From an uncultured Pseudomonadales bacterium (GTDB lineage: Bacteria > Pseudomonadota > Gammaproteobacteria > Pseudomonadales > Azotimanducaceae): 64,000 bases of DNA. Under the pieces are notes generated by a model. That model had not been told where the DNA came from and made no database searches. It was given only the letters and a program-made list of their open reading frames with translations. Within the stretch, counting starts at the first letter, position 1. Each line of letters begins with the position of its first letter. Below are positions 45,293 through 56,381 of the stretch, piece by piece. Both the position numbers and the translations under genes were made by a program. Location: positions 343-64,342 of the forward strand of contig CAKZWF010000037.1 in NCBI GenBank assembly GCA_937921865.1, given 5' to 3'.

Positions 45293-47199
45293 TGGCGCAG
45301 GCACAGCAGAAGCCGAAAAACGCCCGCGACTACTCGATGTTCGACGCGGAAATATCCGGTGCTGTGCTCAATCTGGCCCTGCTGCGGCGTCTGCTGCGCT
45401 GGCTGAAGCCCTATCGGGTGACCTTCGGGATCAGCGCGATCCTGGTAATTCTGGCTTCAACGCTGCAGGTACTGCTGCCGATCATCATGTCTCTGGTGGT
45501 GATCGGTCACATCATTCGCGGTGAAAGTGGATCGATAACGCCCGACATGGGCATGGTGGATCTCACCGACTGGATGGCTGCGAATCTGTCTGTGCACCCA
45601 CTGTTGGCAGCCTGTCTGATCTACAGTGTGGTTTATGTCGGCTGGGCGTTTGTTTCCCATGCCCATCGCATGACTCTGGTGACTTCGGTTGTCAAAGGTC
45701 TGCGGGATCTGCGTCAGGATCTGTTCTCACACCTGGAAACCCGTCCGTCGTCATTCTACGACCGGGTTGCCGTCGGTCGGGTGATGACCCGGGTCACCAA
45801 CGATATCGAAGCCCTCTATGAGCTGCTGCGCGGCATTGGCACGCTGATCGGAGAGTTCGTGCCGTTTTTTGTTGCGCTCACAATCATGCTGTCTATCGAT
45901 GTGCCGTTGACGCTGATCCTGCTGCTGGCGTTGCCGATAATGGGCTCAGCCACCTACTTCTTTCGTCGTGCAACAAGGCAACTGTTCCGTCTGGTGCGCA
46001 TGTCGCTGTCTTCGCTTAATCAGAACATGCAGGAAAATCTGGCCGGTATGCAGGTGGTGCAGCTGTCAGATCGGCAGCAGCACAACCTGGAACGCTATAC
46101 CGGTATTAACGAACAGAATCGTGGCTATGAGGTAAAAAGCGCACGGGTTGAAACCGTTTATGGAGCCTTCACCGACAGCATGGTGTCTATCGCTCTGGGT
46201 ACCATCGTCTGGTATGGCGGCGGAGCCGTGATCCAGAATCAGATCACCCTGGGTGAGATGATCCTGTTCACCCAGTTCATCAGCATGATGTTCAATCCCA
46301 TCGTCGTTCTCGGTGAACAGACCAACGTACTGTTCCGGGCGATGGCCTCCGGCGAGAGAATTTTCCAGGCCCTGGACTGGGATGAAGTCATTCACGAACC
46401 GGAAACACCCGTTACGCTACCGGAGCGGCTCAAAGGCGAGCTCGAGTTCCGCCAACTGAACTTCGGCTACGACGCTGACGTGCAGATCCTGAAAAACGTC
46501 ACCTTCACCATCCAGCCCGGAGAAAAGCTGGCCATTGTCGGGCCAACGGGATCAGGTAAAAGCACGCTGATCCGTCTGCTGAGTCGCTTCTATGACTTTG
46601 ACGATGGCCAGATTTATCTGGATGGCATGGACCTCAATCGCATCCACAGCCGTGACCTGAGAAAGCGTATTGGCGTTGTGCTGCAGGATTTTCACATCTT
46701 CTCAGGGACTATCTACGACAACATAGCCCTTGGCGACCCGGCGATCACCCGGGAAATGGCAGCGTTGGCCGCCAGGCGCGTCAACGCCGATGACTTCATC
46801 CGCTCGTTACCTAACGGCTACGATACTGAGCTGTCAGAGCGGGGCCAGAACCTCTCCCAGGGTCAACGACAGTTGCTGGCATTTGCCCGAGTGCTGGCGG
46901 CTGATCCCGAGATACTCGTGCTCGATGAGGCCACCGCCAGTATCGACACTGAAACCGAACTGCTGATTCAGGATGCCATGCGGACACTGACCGAAGGCAG
47001 AACTTCCATTCTTATCGCCCACCGCCTGCAGACCATCCAGGAAGCCGATCGGGTACTGGTGTTGAGCCACGGCGAAGTCATTGAGCTCGGCACCCATGAC
47101 GAACTGCTGGCCAACAAAGGTCTCTACTACACTCTGCATTCACTGCAATTTCAGGAAACCGATGCCGACCATGCCGACGACACCATCACTGATCGTTAA
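45292..47199 (+). CDS. ABC exporter, fused permease/ATPase (half-transporter 2)
   Basis: GPTGSGKST, LSQGQRQLLAFARVL, LVLDEATASID. Its start abuts the stop of half-transporter 1. Confidence 0.9.
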   Translation: MAQAQQKPKNARDYSMFDAEISGAVLNLALLRRLLRWLKPYRVTFGISAILVILASTLQVLLPIIMSLVVIGHIIRGESGSITPDMGMVDLTDWMAANLSVHPLLAACLIYSVVYVGWAFVSHAHRMTLVTSVVKGLRDLRQDLFSHLETRPSSFYDRVAVGRVMTRVTNDIEALYELLRGIGTLIGEFVPFFVALTIMLSIDVPLTLILLLALPIMGSATYFFRRATRQLFRLVRMSLSSLNQNMQENLAGMQVVQLSDRQQHNLERYTGINEQNRGYEVKSARVETVYGAFTDSMVSIALGTIVWYGGGAVIQNQITLGEMILFTQFISMMFNPIVVLGEQTNVLFRAMASGERIFQALDWDEVIHEPETPVTLPERLKGELEFRQLNFGYDADVQILKNVTFTIQPGEKLAIVGPTGSGKSTLIRLLSRFYDFDDGQIYLDGMDLNRIHSRDLRKRIGVVLQDFHIFSGTIYDNIALGDPAITREMAALAARRVNADDFIRSLPNGYDTELSERGQNLSQGQRQLLAFARVLAADPEILVLDEATASIDTETELLIQDAMRTLTEGRTSILIAHRLQTIQEADRVLVLSHGEVIELGTHDELLANKGLYYTLHSLQFQETDADHADDTITDR

Positions 47200-48553
47200 C
47201 GCGCTGTGCGGCAGCGTTCTATTGTGCAGCCTGCTTTGCACCGCTGCGATCGTGAAAGCTGACAGCCGGATTCTGCCGCTGCGGGAACGCGCTACCGTGG
47301 TCGACGGCTGGCTCACAGAACGCGTGAACACAGTGCTGCCGATGCTGATGCAGCGCGCCGACATCGACCTGTGGCTCATTACCGCCCGGGAATACAACGA
47401 AGATCCGGTCATCAGGACCATGTTGCCAGCTACCTGGCTGTCCGCACGACGGCGCACCATGCTGGTGGTCTACAAAGATCCGGACAGCGAGTCTCTCGAC
47501 ACCCTGGCAGTAGCCCGTTACGACGTTGGCAGCCAGTTCAAGCGCGCCTGGGACAAAGAAACACAACCCGATCAGTGGCAGCGGTTGGTGGAACTGATCA
47601 TTGAGCGGGATCCGGCCAGAATTGGTCTGAACATTTCTTCGACTTTCGCGCTGGCTGATGGCCTGAGCTACGGCGAATATCAGGGTCTGATCGATGCGCT
47701 GCCGGAAAAATACGCAGACCGACTGGTGTCCGCAGAGAATCTGGCCATTGGCTGGCTGGAAACACGCACTGGGTCGGAAATGGTGGTCTATCAGCAGATC
47801 TGCCGGATAGCTCATGAAATCATCGCTGAGGGGTTTTCAGAACAGGTGATCCAGCCCGGCGTAACCACCACGGATGATGTGGTCTGGTGGTATCGGGAGC
47901 GTATCCGCGAACGCAAACTGACCGCCTGGTTCCACCCCTCGGTGACCATTCAGCGTGCTGAACAGGCCAGCACCAACCACAAACAGGAAGTGCTGGCGCG
48001 GACCGGAAATCCACAGGTCATACAGCCGGGAGACTTGCTTCATGTGGATTTTGGCGTGACTTATCTACGCCTGAACACGGATACCCAGCAGCATGCCTAC
48101 GTGCTGAAACCCGGCGAAAGCCAGGCGCCTGAAGCGCTCCACCAGGCGCTGGCCAAAGGCAATCGGCTCCAGGACATTCTGACCAGCCACTTTGTCGCCG
48201 GCCGCAGCGGCAACGACATACTTGCACGCACGCTGAAACAGGCGGCGGCCGAAGATATCGACGCCTCCATTTACACCCACCCGATCGGCTATCACGGTCA
48301 TGGTGCGGGGCCCACAATTGGTCTATGGGATCAGCAGGGTGGCGTGCCGGGTCGCGGCGATTATCCGCTCTATCCGAATACCGCACACTCCATTGAGCTC
48401 TACGCCGCCAGTTTCATTCCGCAATGGCAGCGGGAAATCCGCATCAAACTGGAGGAAAACGCCTTTTTTGACGGCACCGATACCCGCTACATCGACGGCC
48501 GCCAGACCGAACTGCTGCTGATCCCCCGGCCGTCGACCAGCCTGCTAGAATAA
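47162..48553 (+). CDS. M24 family metallopeptidase (Xaa-Pro aminopeptidase-like), secreted
   Basis: Pita-bread metal ligands in HVDFG..., [12 protein letters not shown], ..IKLEEN. Signal-like N-terminus. The start is uncertain (47162 or 47171) and overlaps the ABC gene end. Confidence 0.75.
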   Translation: MPTMPTTPSLIVNALCGSVLLCSLLCTAAIVKADSRILPLRERATVVDGWLTERVNTVLPMLMQRADIDLWLITAREYNEDPVIRTMLPATWLSARRRTMLVVYKDPDSESLDTLAVARYDVGSQFKRAWDKETQPDQWQRLVELIIERDPARIGLNISSTFALADGLSYGEYQGLIDALPEKYADRLVSAENLAIGWLETRTGSEMVVYQQICRIAHEIIAEGFSEQVIQPGVTTTDDVVWWYRERIRERKLTAWFHPSVTIQRAEQASTNHKQEVLARTGNPQVIQPGDLLHVDFGVTYLRLNTDTQQHAYVLKPGESQAPEALHQALAKGNRLQDILTSHFVAGRSGNDILARTLKQAAAEDIDASIYTHPIGYHGHGAGPTIGLWDQQGGVPGRGDYPLYPNTAHSIELYAASFIPQWQREIRIKLEENAFFDGTDTRYIDGRQTELLLIPRPSTSLLE

Positions 48554-48557
48554 TTCC

Positions 48558-49712
48558 ATGACCACCGAACACATCAACAGCCCTGAGCGGATAAACAGCC
48601 CTGAGCGGATAAACAGCCCTGAGCGGATTAACAGCCCTGAGCGGATTAACAGCCCTGAGCAGATAAACAGCCCTGAGCAGATAAAAAGCCCTGAGCGGAT
48701 AAAAAGCGGACGCAAGTTTAAGACCGCGCAGGGCTTCAGCGCGATCAAAGACGGCATCAAAGCGACGGCTGTCGGAGCGACGGCAGTCCACCATACTGAC
48801 TCTCTGGATCTCGCGAGTGATCGCAAGCCACCCTGGCTGAGGGTGAAGATCGCCGGAGGCGGAAAATACCAGGAGGTCAAGGCCACCGTCCGCAGCCACC
48901 GGCTCGCGACCGTCTGCGAAGAATCTCACTGTCCCAACGTCGGCGAGTGCTGGAGCAACGGCACCGCGACCATCATGCTGATGGGTGCAGTCTGCACCCG
49001 CGCCTGCCGTTTCTGTTCTGTGGATACCGGCAATCCGGGTGGCTGGCTGGACGCTGACGAGCCTGCCAACGCAGCGCGCTCAGTGGCGTTAATGGGGCTG
49101 CGCTACGTGGTGCTGACATCAGTCGACCGGGACGATCTGAGCGACGGCGGCGCGGCTCATTATGCTGCCTGTGTGCGGGAGATCCGAAAGACCAACCCTG
49201 AAACCGCTGTCGAAGCCCTGACCCCTGACTTTTCCGGCGATCTTGACGCTGTGGCCACGGTAGTGAACTCCGGTCTGCAGGTGTTTGCCCAGAATCTGGA
49301 AACAGTCGAGCGCCTGACCACAACTGTAAGAGATCCCCGGGCCGGTTATCAGCAGACCCTGGACGTGCTGGCGGGCGCTAAAGAAATTCGTCCGGATGTG
49401 CTGACCAAATCCAGTCTGATGCTGGGTCTTGGTGAAACTGACGGGGAAATCCAGCAGAGCCTCGAAGACCTCCGCCAGCACCAAGTCGATGTGGTCACTT
49501 TAGGACAATACCTGCGACCAACCCCGAACCATCTGCCCATAGCTCGATGGGTGCATCCCGAAGAATTCGAAACCTACCGCCAGTGGGGTCTGGAACTCGG
49601 CTTCACCGAAGTGGCCTCCGGCCCGCTGGTGCGCTCCTCCTATCGAGCCGACCGGATTCTCGCCGGTAACAATCTGGGTCTGGAAACCATTCCGGTTCGC
49701 CAGCTCAGCTGA
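48558..49712 (+). CDS. lipA: Lipoyl synthase with a repeat-encoded N-terminal extension
   Basis: [13 protein letters not shown] and radical-SAM [46 protein letters not shown]. There is no in-frame ATG or GTG between the repeat and the conserved core. Confidence 0.9.
   Translation: MTTEHINSPERINSPERINSPERINSPERINSPEQINSPEQIKSPERIKSGRKFKTAQGFSAIKDGIKATAVGATAVHHTDSLDLASDRKPPWLRVKIAGGGKYQEVKATVRSHRLATVCEESHCPNVGECWSNGTATIMLMGAVCTRACRFCSVDTGNPGGWLDADEPANAARSVALMGLRYVVLTSVDRDDLSDGGAAHYAACVREIRKTNPETAVEALTPDFSGDLDAVATVVNSGLQVFAQNLETVERLTTTVRDPRAGYQQTLDVLAGAKEIRPDVLTKSSLMLGLGETDGEIQQSLEDLRQHQVDVVTLGQYLRPTPNHLPIARWVHPEEFETYRQWGLELGFTEVASGPLVRSSYRADRILAGNNLGLETIPVRQLS
48573..48710 (+). repeat. 18-bp tandem repeat, about 7.5 copies, in frame within the lipA 5' end
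   Basis: ATMAAMAGCCCTGAGCRG units starting at 48573, 48591, 48609, 48627, 48645, 48663 and 48681, plus a partial unit at 48699. They encode INSPER x4, INSPEQ x2, IKSPER and IKSG. Confidence 0.95.
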
Positions 49713-50271
49713 GTGTGCTGCGAGTCGGATAAGCACCCGGCCAGGGTTGCAACGGCGCATCGGGCACTTCTTCAAACTCTTCGCTACGATCAAATACTCG
49801 AAAACCCCGGGCCTGATAATTAGCCAGCGCTGACGGATGGTCCATGGAGCAGGTGTGCAGCCAGACCCGTTCGCCGCCGAAGTCCCTGGCGGTCAGGATT
49901 GCGTCGCGCAGCAGCGCACCGCCGATACCCTGGCCGATGAACTGCGGCAGCAGCCCGAAGTAGGCGATCTCGACGCTGCCGCCGGGTTGTTTTTCCAGTT
50001 CAAAATAGCCGGCCGGTGTGCCCTGGACATAAGCAATCCAGGTACCTACCTCCGGACGCGACAGGTATTGCTGCCATTGCTCATAGCTCCACACCAACCG
50101 CTGGTACCAGGTCCAATCCGCGCCGACACTGGCATATAGAAACCGGTTAAACACCGGGCAGGGAATTTCCACCTGCTTGAGTTGATAACGCACCGCTTGG
50201 GATTCCGCGCTCTCCAGATGATCAAACGAGGTCAACTCCAGGGAATGGGTTGTCACCAGCTGCTGCACCAA
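49705..50271 (-). CDS. GNAT family N-acetyltransferase
   Basis: Acetyl-CoA loop [16 protein letters not shown], ..[13 protein letters not shown]. The 3' end overlaps the lipA stop by 8 nt (convergent genes). Confidence 0.8.
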   Translation of the reverse strand: MVQQLVTTHSLELTSFDHLESAESQAVRYQLKQVEIPCPVFNRFLYASVGADWTWYQRLVWSYEQWQQYLSRPEVGTWIAYVQGTPAGYFELEKQPGGSVEIAYFGLLPQFIGQGIGGALLRDAILTARDFGGERVWLHTCSMDHPSALANYQARGFRVFDRSEEFEEVPDAPLQPWPGAYPTRSTLS

Positions 50272-50379
50272 TTGCTCCTTACGGTTGAACGGATTTTCGA
50301 CAAGGCCTCACGGCTGAGCCATGATAGACATTCACTGCGCCCGCTTCCAAACACCTCAGGACAACTGAAGAAAAACACG

Positions 50380-51738
50380 ATGAGTCTGATCACTACCAGC
50401 GATACCCAACCCATAACCATCCAGCTGCTGAAGGCTGAGGCGCTGCCCGAGTGGGGCTCGACTCAGACCTCTACCACCCGAGACTGGCTCGAGCGCCTGC
50501 AGTTCAAAGCGCAGCCCGGGCAGATTGGCTGGATCACGGGCGATGACGCCAGTCCGACCGGCGCTGTGGTCGGCTGGGATGGTAACGACGACCTTGCCAG
50601 CCTCGGCGCACTGCCGTTCCAACTGCCTGAAGGCGTCTACCAGCTTGCAACCGATGTCTCCGATCTGCAGCTGACCGGCTGGGGTCTGGGCGCCTATCAG
50701 TTCGACCGCTATAAAACACCTGAGCGAGCGCCAGCACAGCTGCTGATTCCGGAACGCAATGACGTCGAAGCGGTCAGCAATATGGTGGCTGCGGTAACAC
50801 TGATCCGGGATCTGGTTAATACCCCGGCCGATGATATGACGCCCGATACGCTGGCCCTGGAAGCCACCCAGGTCGCCGACACCCACGATGCCGAAGTAAC
50901 CATCACGGTCGGTGATGAACTGCTGCAGGCTGGCTTCGGCGCGATTCACGCCGTCGGCCGAGCCGCTGCGGTTGCGCCAAGACTGATTGACATCACCTGG
51001 GGCGACCCGGCTCATCCAGCCATCACCCTGGTTGGCAAAGGCGTGTGTTTTGACAGTGGTGGTCTGAATATGAAACCCGCCACCGGCATGCGCTGGATGA
51101 AAAAAGACATGGGCGGCGCTGCCCAGGCGCTGGGTCTGGCCCAGATGATCATGGCTGCCGGTCTGCCGGTGCGCCTGCGGTTACTCATCGCGGCAGTGGA
51201 AAATGCCGTGGCCGGTAACGCCTATCGTCCCGGCGATATTCTCCAGACCTACAAAGGGCTCACGGTGGAAATCGACAACACCGACGCGGAAGGCCGTCTG
51301 GTGATGTGTGATGCGCTGGCCCTTGCCGCGGAAGAAACACCTGAGCTGATCATCGATTTTTCAACGCTGACAGGGTCAGCGCGTTCGGCTCTCGGACCGG
51401 AAGTTGGCGCCATGTTCTGTAATCGCGATGAGGTTGCGACGGCTCTGGTCGCGGCGGGTCAAGCCAGTGACGATCCGGTCTGGCGTCTGCCCCTGCACAA
51501 ACCTTATCGGTCCCTGCTCGACAGCACGGTCGCTGACATAGTCAATTCCGCGGGGACCCCGATGGCAGGCGCAATCACCGCCGCGCTGTTTCTGGAGAGT
51601 TTTGTCGGCGATTGCCCCTGGGTGCACTTCGATATTCACGCTTTCAATACCCGCCCTCGCCCCGCCCGACCGGAAGGCGGAGAGGCCACTGCTGCCCGCG
51701 CTGTGTTCGACTATCTGCAGCAGCGTTTTGGACCCTGA
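50380..51738 (+). CDS. M17 family (leucyl aminopeptidase-like) metallopeptidase
   Basis: M17 signature NTDAEGRLVMCDAL, VGKGVCFDSGGLNMKP, DMGGAA. The ATG at 50380 is preferred to 50182. Confidence 0.9.
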   Translation: MSLITTSDTQPITIQLLKAEALPEWGSTQTSTTRDWLERLQFKAQPGQIGWITGDDASPTGAVVGWDGNDDLASLGALPFQLPEGVYQLATDVSDLQLTGWGLGAYQFDRYKTPERAPAQLLIPERNDVEAVSNMVAAVTLIRDLVNTPADDMTPDTLALEATQVADTHDAEVTITVGDELLQAGFGAIHAVGRAAAVAPRLIDITWGDPAHPAITLVGKGVCFDSGGLNMKPATGMRWMKKDMGGAAQALGLAQMIMAAGLPVRLRLLIAAVENAVAGNAYRPGDILQTYKGLTVEIDNTDAEGRLVMCDALALAAEETPELIIDFSTLTGSARSALGPEVGAMFCNRDEVATALVAAGQASDDPVWRLPLHKPYRSLLDSTVADIVNSAGTPMAGAITAALFLESFVGDCPWVHFDIHAFNTRPRPARPEGGEATAARAVFDYLQQRFGP

Positions 51739-51739
51739 G

Positions 51740-52141
51740 ATGTTTATCGATCTCGAGAGCGCCGAACTCGGCAGCAGCCGGCCGCTGCAGTCTGTGCTCG
51801 ATGCGCTCAGATATAATGACCAGGGCCTGATTCCGGTCATTGCCCAGGACTGCAGCGACCATCGGGTGCTGATGCTGGGCTGGATGAACCGCAATGCGAT
51901 CGAGCGAACATTGAGCGAAGGATATGCCTGCTACTGGTCACGCAGCAGACAGAGCTACTGGCGCAAAGGCGAAACGTCAGGACACCTTCAGGCGCTGAAA
52001 GAAATGCGCTTCGATTGCGATGGTGACGCCATCCTGCTGCTGGTAGATCAGACCGGTCCGGCCTGTCACACCAACCGGGACAACTGTTTTTATCTGAGCG
52101 TGGATGCCGGGGTGGTCAGGGTGACCTCCGAACCGGTCTAA
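51740..52141 (+). CDS. hisI: Phosphoribosyl-AMP cyclohydrolase (monofunctional)
   Basis: GLIPVIAQD....[38 protein letters not shown].....[19 protein letters not shown]. The ATG lies 1 nt after the M17 gene stop. Confidence 0.9.
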   Translation: MFIDLESAELGSSRPLQSVLDALRYNDQGLIPVIAQDCSDHRVLMLGWMNRNAIERTLSEGYACYWSRSRQSYWRKGETSGHLQALKEMRFDCDGDAILLLVDQTGPACHTNRDNCFYLSVDAGVVRVTSEPV

Positions 52142-52250
52142 CCTATACTCCGCGCCCCAACCGAGGGACCAATCTGTTCGGGGTTTGTCGGCAAGTCCGG
52201 CAGCAGGCCCGGCGGAGCGAACCGCGGACAGATCAGCAGAAGATCAGCAG

Positions 52251-53657
52251 ATGGACGTCTACTTTCACAACACCCAATCCGGCCGCAAAGAGCGCTTCAA
52301 ACCGCTTGATCCGCAGCGCATCACCATCTATGCCTGCGGACCAACCGTCTACAACTACGTGCACATCGGCAATGGTCGACCCGCAGTGGTGTTCGACGTG
52401 CTCTACCGGCTGCTGTCGAGGCTCTACCCTCGCGTTGACTACGTCCGCAACATCACCGACATCGACGACAAGATCAATCGCGCAGCTGCCCAGCTCGGTG
52501 AGCCAATAGCGAAGCTGGCTGACCGCTATACCGAAGCCTATCGCGAAGACGTCAATGCCCTGGGTGTTCTGGCACCGATGCAGGAACCGCGAGCCACGCA
52601 CCACATCCCGGAAATCATTTCGATGATCGAACGGCTGATAGCCAAAGATCACGCCTATGCAGCCGACGGTCATGTGTTGTTCAACGTCCCATCGGATCCT
52701 GAGTACGGCAGCCTGTCCCATCGCACGCTCGAAGACATGATCGATGGAGCCCGGGTGGAAGTTGCACCCTACAAGCGCGACCCGAAGGACTTCGTGCTGT
52801 GGAAACCTTCTAACGATGATCAGCCGGGCTGGGACAGTCCCTGGGGGCGCGGTCGCCCGGGCTGGCACATCGAATGTTCAGCCATGATCGAAAAGCATCT
52901 GGGTACCGTCATCGATATTCACGGCGGCGGCAGCGACCTGACTTTCCCGCACCACGAAAATGAAGCCGCCCAGAGTCGTTGCGCACACGGTAGCAGCGAC
53001 TATGTCCGCTACTGGCTGCACAACGGCATGCTGACCATGGGCCAGGAAAAGATGTCCAAGTCGCTCGGCAATGTTGTGACCATTCACGAACTGCGTGAGC
53101 GGGTCTCAGGTGAAGTGCTGCGCTATGCGTTGCTCTCTGGCCACTATCGTTCACAGCTGGCCTGGTCCGAAGACCTGCTGGCTCAGGCAGGTGCCAGCCT
53201 GGACCGATTGTATGGCGCGATCAGGGATGCGCAGATGAACGTGACCAGCATCGCGTATGCCAACGCAGGTCCCGAAGCGTTTCCACAATCCGTGCTCAGC
53301 GCATTGTGCGACGACTTGAATACGCCGGAAGCACTTGCTGCCTTGCACGCGCTGGCCAGCGAAATACATCGCAGCGACGATCCTGCGCAACGTGAAGCGC
53401 TGGCAGCACAGCTGCTCGCTGGAGGCTGGTTGCTCGGCATCCTGACCGAAGATGCGGCCAGCCACTTTCAGCAAGGCAGCGAACTTGCACCAGCAGCCAT
53501 CGAGGCGTTGATCGGTGAGCGTCATCAGGCCCGCCGTGACAAAAACTTCGCCCGCGCTGATGAAATACGCGATCAGCTGACCGCCAGCGGCGTTGAGCTC
53601 GAGGACACCCGTGAAGGTACCCGCTGGAAAACGGCCTCTGCTTCGGGATCGGCTTGA
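52251..53657 (+). CDS. cysS: Cysteine--tRNA ligase
   Basis: [18 protein letters not shown] (HIGH), [17 protein letters not shown]. Confidence 0.95.
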   Translation: MDVYFHNTQSGRKERFKPLDPQRITIYACGPTVYNYVHIGNGRPAVVFDVLYRLLSRLYPRVDYVRNITDIDDKINRAAAQLGEPIAKLADRYTEAYREDVNALGVLAPMQEPRATHHIPEIISMIERLIAKDHAYAADGHVLFNVPSDPEYGSLSHRTLEDMIDGARVEVAPYKRDPKDFVLWKPSNDDQPGWDSPWGRGRPGWHIECSAMIEKHLGTVIDIHGGGSDLTFPHHENEAAQSRCAHGSSDYVRYWLHNGMLTMGQEKMSKSLGNVVTIHELRERVSGEVLRYALLSGHYRSQLAWSEDLLAQAGASLDRLYGAIRDAQMNVTSIAYANAGPEAFPQSVLSALCDDLNTPEALAALHALASEIHRSDDPAQREALAAQLLAGGWLLGILTEDAASHFQQGSELAPAAIEALIGERHQARRDKNFARADEIRDQLTASGVELEDTREGTRWKTASASGSA

Positions 53658-54889
53658 GCACCAGCGGCCAATCGAACCTGCTGCTCGCTGATATCACCAT
53701 CGGCATTGTTGGCGCCGGCTTAGCCGGCCTGGCACTGGCACTGGCACTGCGCCAGATGGGGTTTCCCAGCGTAAAAATTTTTGAGTCCAGCGCCGGCGCG
53801 GACGCGATCGCACAATCCAGCGATCAGCTGCTGGAACTGACGGCAAACGGCAGCAGGGTGCTGCACGCTCTGGGACTGGAAACCCAACTGCAAGCCAATG
53901 CAATCTGTCCGGGGTTTGCCTACCTGCGTACGCGTCGTTCCGGCTTTCTGCTGGTCCAGCGCCCGCTGGGAGACTTTTCCGAAGCCCGCTACGGTGCCCC
54001 CAACTACCTGATCCGCTGCTCGCAACTGCGCTCGTTGCTGGAGCGTGCGTGTGTAACGCGGGACGTAGACATTCGTTACAACACAGAGATTGTCGATCTG
54101 CAGCCGCACACCGGCACCCTGCAGCCGCGCAACCAGCCAGCGGAATCGTTTTCAGCGATCGTCGTTGCAGACGGCGCTGAAGCTGGTCTGCATGAAACCA
54201 TCTGTGTTGAGTTCGCCGAACAGACGCCTGCTGCACACAGTATCCGGGCACGCTGCGGCATCGGCACAGATAACAATGCCGTCTCAACCTGGGTGGATGA
54301 CCAAAGTTACTGCGTTCAGTATCCCGTCAGTGAAGATATGACCGAGCTGATGCTGGTATATCAGGACGCCCAACTCACTACCGCAGGTGCCAACAGCCCT
54401 ATCGAAGACGCTGATTCACCCGAACAGACTCTGAACCAATGGATCGAAACCGGCCATCCACAGCTCAAGAAGCTGATCAAACACATCGTCGCAGTCGACA
54501 GGCAGGCGCCCAGACAGGGCCAGGTTGCCAGCCACTGGCACGCAGGACACGTCGCGCTGCTCGGTGATGCCTGCCACCCGATGCCAGGCTACGAAGTACA
54601 GAGCGCCAACACCGCGCTCGAAGATGTCTGGGTGCTGGCAACCATGATGGAGCGATGGGAAGAAGCGCCGCATCTGGGCTTCTCCGACTACCAGCGCTAT
54701 AGACAGCCCCGGATGCGCAAGCTGGTGCGGCAAACTGCGCGAACAACGGCAGAACTGTTGAACGCGACACCCCCCGAGCAGTTCCGGCGCAATTTCAAAT
54801 GGAGCGTGATCAATCGCTTTCTGCCGGAGATGAGCATGGCCCAGTGGGACTGGCTGTATGGCTACAACTGCATCAAAGGTTTCGCCTGA
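53654..54889 (+). CDS. FAD-dependent monooxygenase (salicylate hydroxylase/UbiH-like)
   Basis: Dinucleotide fold [26 protein letters not shown]. The TTG start overlaps the cysS TGA (TTGA). Confidence 0.8.
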   Translation: MSTSGQSNLLLADITIGIVGAGLAGLALALALRQMGFPSVKIFESSAGADAIAQSSDQLLELTANGSRVLHALGLETQLQANAICPGFAYLRTRRSGFLLVQRPLGDFSEARYGAPNYLIRCSQLRSLLERACVTRDVDIRYNTEIVDLQPHTGTLQPRNQPAESFSAIVVADGAEAGLHETICVEFAEQTPAAHSIRARCGIGTDNNAVSTWVDDQSYCVQYPVSEDMTELMLVYQDAQLTTAGANSPIEDADSPEQTLNQWIETGHPQLKKLIKHIVAVDRQAPRQGQVASHWHAGHVALLGDACHPMPGYEVQSANTALEDVWVLATMMERWEEAPHLGFSDYQRYRQPRMRKLVRQTARTTAELLNATPPEQFRRNFKWSVINRFLPEMSMAQWDWLYGYNCIKGFA

Positions 54890-54958
54890 GATGGCCAGAC
54901 CAGGCATTACCTTTCTGTTATCGATCGCCAGGCGGTCAACCACTTATGGAGCGCAACA

Positions 54959-56371
54959 ATGACCAGCAGCAACATCGACCGCTTTGTTCGCGAACAGTGG
55001 GACGACAGCATCATTCCGACATTGTGTGAGTACGTACGTATTCCCAACAAATCTCCGGCATTTGACCCGGACTGGGAAGCCCATGGGCACATGCACCGGG
55101 CGGTCGAACTGCTGCGTCAGTGGGCGAGTGAAGCTGCGGTCACGGGAATGCAGGTAGAAGTATTCAGCCTGCCCGGCAGAACGCCCGTGTTGATTTGCGA
55201 AATTGACGCCACTGCTCCAGACGCTGGAACAGTTCTGCTATACGGCCACTACGACAAACAGCCTGAGTTCACCGGCTGGGAACCCGGTCTGTCGCCGTGG
55301 GAACCGGTGCTGCGCGACGGCAAACTCTATGGTCGGGGCGGTGCCGACGACGGTTATGCATTGTTTGGTTCTTTAACCGCCATCGCCGCACTGCAGGCTG
55401 AAGGCATCGGCCACGGCCGCTGCGTACTGCTGATTGAGGGCTGTGAAGAGAGCGGCAGTTTTGACCTGCCTTTTTATGTGGAAGCCCTGCAGGCCCGCAT
55501 TGGCAAGCCCGATCTGGTGGTGTGTCTGGACGCCGAATGCGGCAATTACGATCAGCTTTGGACCACCACTTCGCTGCGCGGCATGCTGCCTGGAACACTC
55601 AGTGTTGAAGTCTTAACCGAAGGCCAGCACTCGGGAGCTGCCGGCGGCATCGTGCCGTCCAGCTTCCGTATCCTGCGCAATCTGCTGAGTCGGGTCGAAG
55701 ACCCTGTCAGCGGGCAGCTGCACCAGGCGCTGCACGTCGATATCCCGCAATCTGCTGAGCGTCAGCTGCAGGCAGTCGCCCAGGTGCTGGGCAATATCCC
55801 GGTGGACCGATTTCCATGGGCGGGTTCCACCCAGCCGGAACAGGACGATATCGTGGCACTGTTGCTGGCTAACAGCTGGCAGCCATCGCTGGAAACTGTT
55901 GGCATCAGCGGCGCACCAGACATTCGCGATGCAGGCAATACCCTGCGGCCGAACACCAGCGTCAAACTCGTCTTCCGCCTGCCACCAACGCTGGAAGCCG
56001 ATATCGCAGCCAGCGCTATCAAAGGCATCCTCGAGCAGGACCCGCCCTACAACGCCGTAGTAAACTTTGAACTGGAAACTCCACAGACCGGCTGGAGCGC
56101 GCCAGAAATTTCACCCTGGCTGGAAGCCTCGATGCAGCGTGCATCCCAGGCCTATTTCGGTAAACCAGCGATGTACATGGGCATGGGCGGCACGATACCG
56201 TTCATGAAAATGCTCGGCGATGCCTACCCGGGTGTCCAATTTCTTGTTACGGGCGTGCTGGGGCCGAAATCCAACGCTCACGGACCGAACGAGTTCTTAG
56301 AAATTGAGACCGGCAAACGCATTACCAGCTGCGTTGCTCAGGTGCTCGCAGATCATGCAGTTCGAAAGTGA
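54959..56371 (+). CDS. M20 family metallopeptidase (dipeptidase-like)
   Basis: VLLYGHYDKQP, LYGRGGADDGY, IEGCEESGS, ..GGTIPFM. Confidence 0.85.
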   Translation: MTSSNIDRFVREQWDDSIIPTLCEYVRIPNKSPAFDPDWEAHGHMHRAVELLRQWASEAAVTGMQVEVFSLPGRTPVLICEIDATAPDAGTVLLYGHYDKQPEFTGWEPGLSPWEPVLRDGKLYGRGGADDGYALFGSLTAIAALQAEGIGHGRCVLLIEGCEESGSFDLPFYVEALQARIGKPDLVVCLDAECGNYDQLWTTTSLRGMLPGTLSVEVLTEGQHSGAAGGIVPSSFRILRNLLSRVEDPVSGQLHQALHVDIPQSAERQLQAVAQVLGNIPVDRFPWAGSTQPEQDDIVALLLANSWQPSLETVGISGAPDIRDAGNTLRPNTSVKLVFRLPPTLEADIAASAIKGILEQDPPYNAVVNFELETPQTGWSAPEISPWLEASMQRASQAYFGKPAMYMGMGGTIPFMKMLGDAYPGVQFLVTGVLGPKSNAHGPNEFLEIETGKRITSCVAQVLADHAVRK

Positions 56372-56381
56372 GGACGCTACG

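Noticed and set aside
48573-48710. The tandem repeat as a possible CRISPR array.
   Set aside because: The units are 18 bp and directly contiguous with no spacers. There are no cas genes in the window, and the repeat is in frame inside an ORF.
48444-48929. ORFs 48444..48929(-) and 48545..48886(-), which run through the lipA repeat (translations with LRAV/SGLF repeats).
   Set aside because: These are artefacts of the stop-free 18-bp repeat read on the opposite strand. They overlap the conserved lipA core and the end of the M24 peptidase gene.
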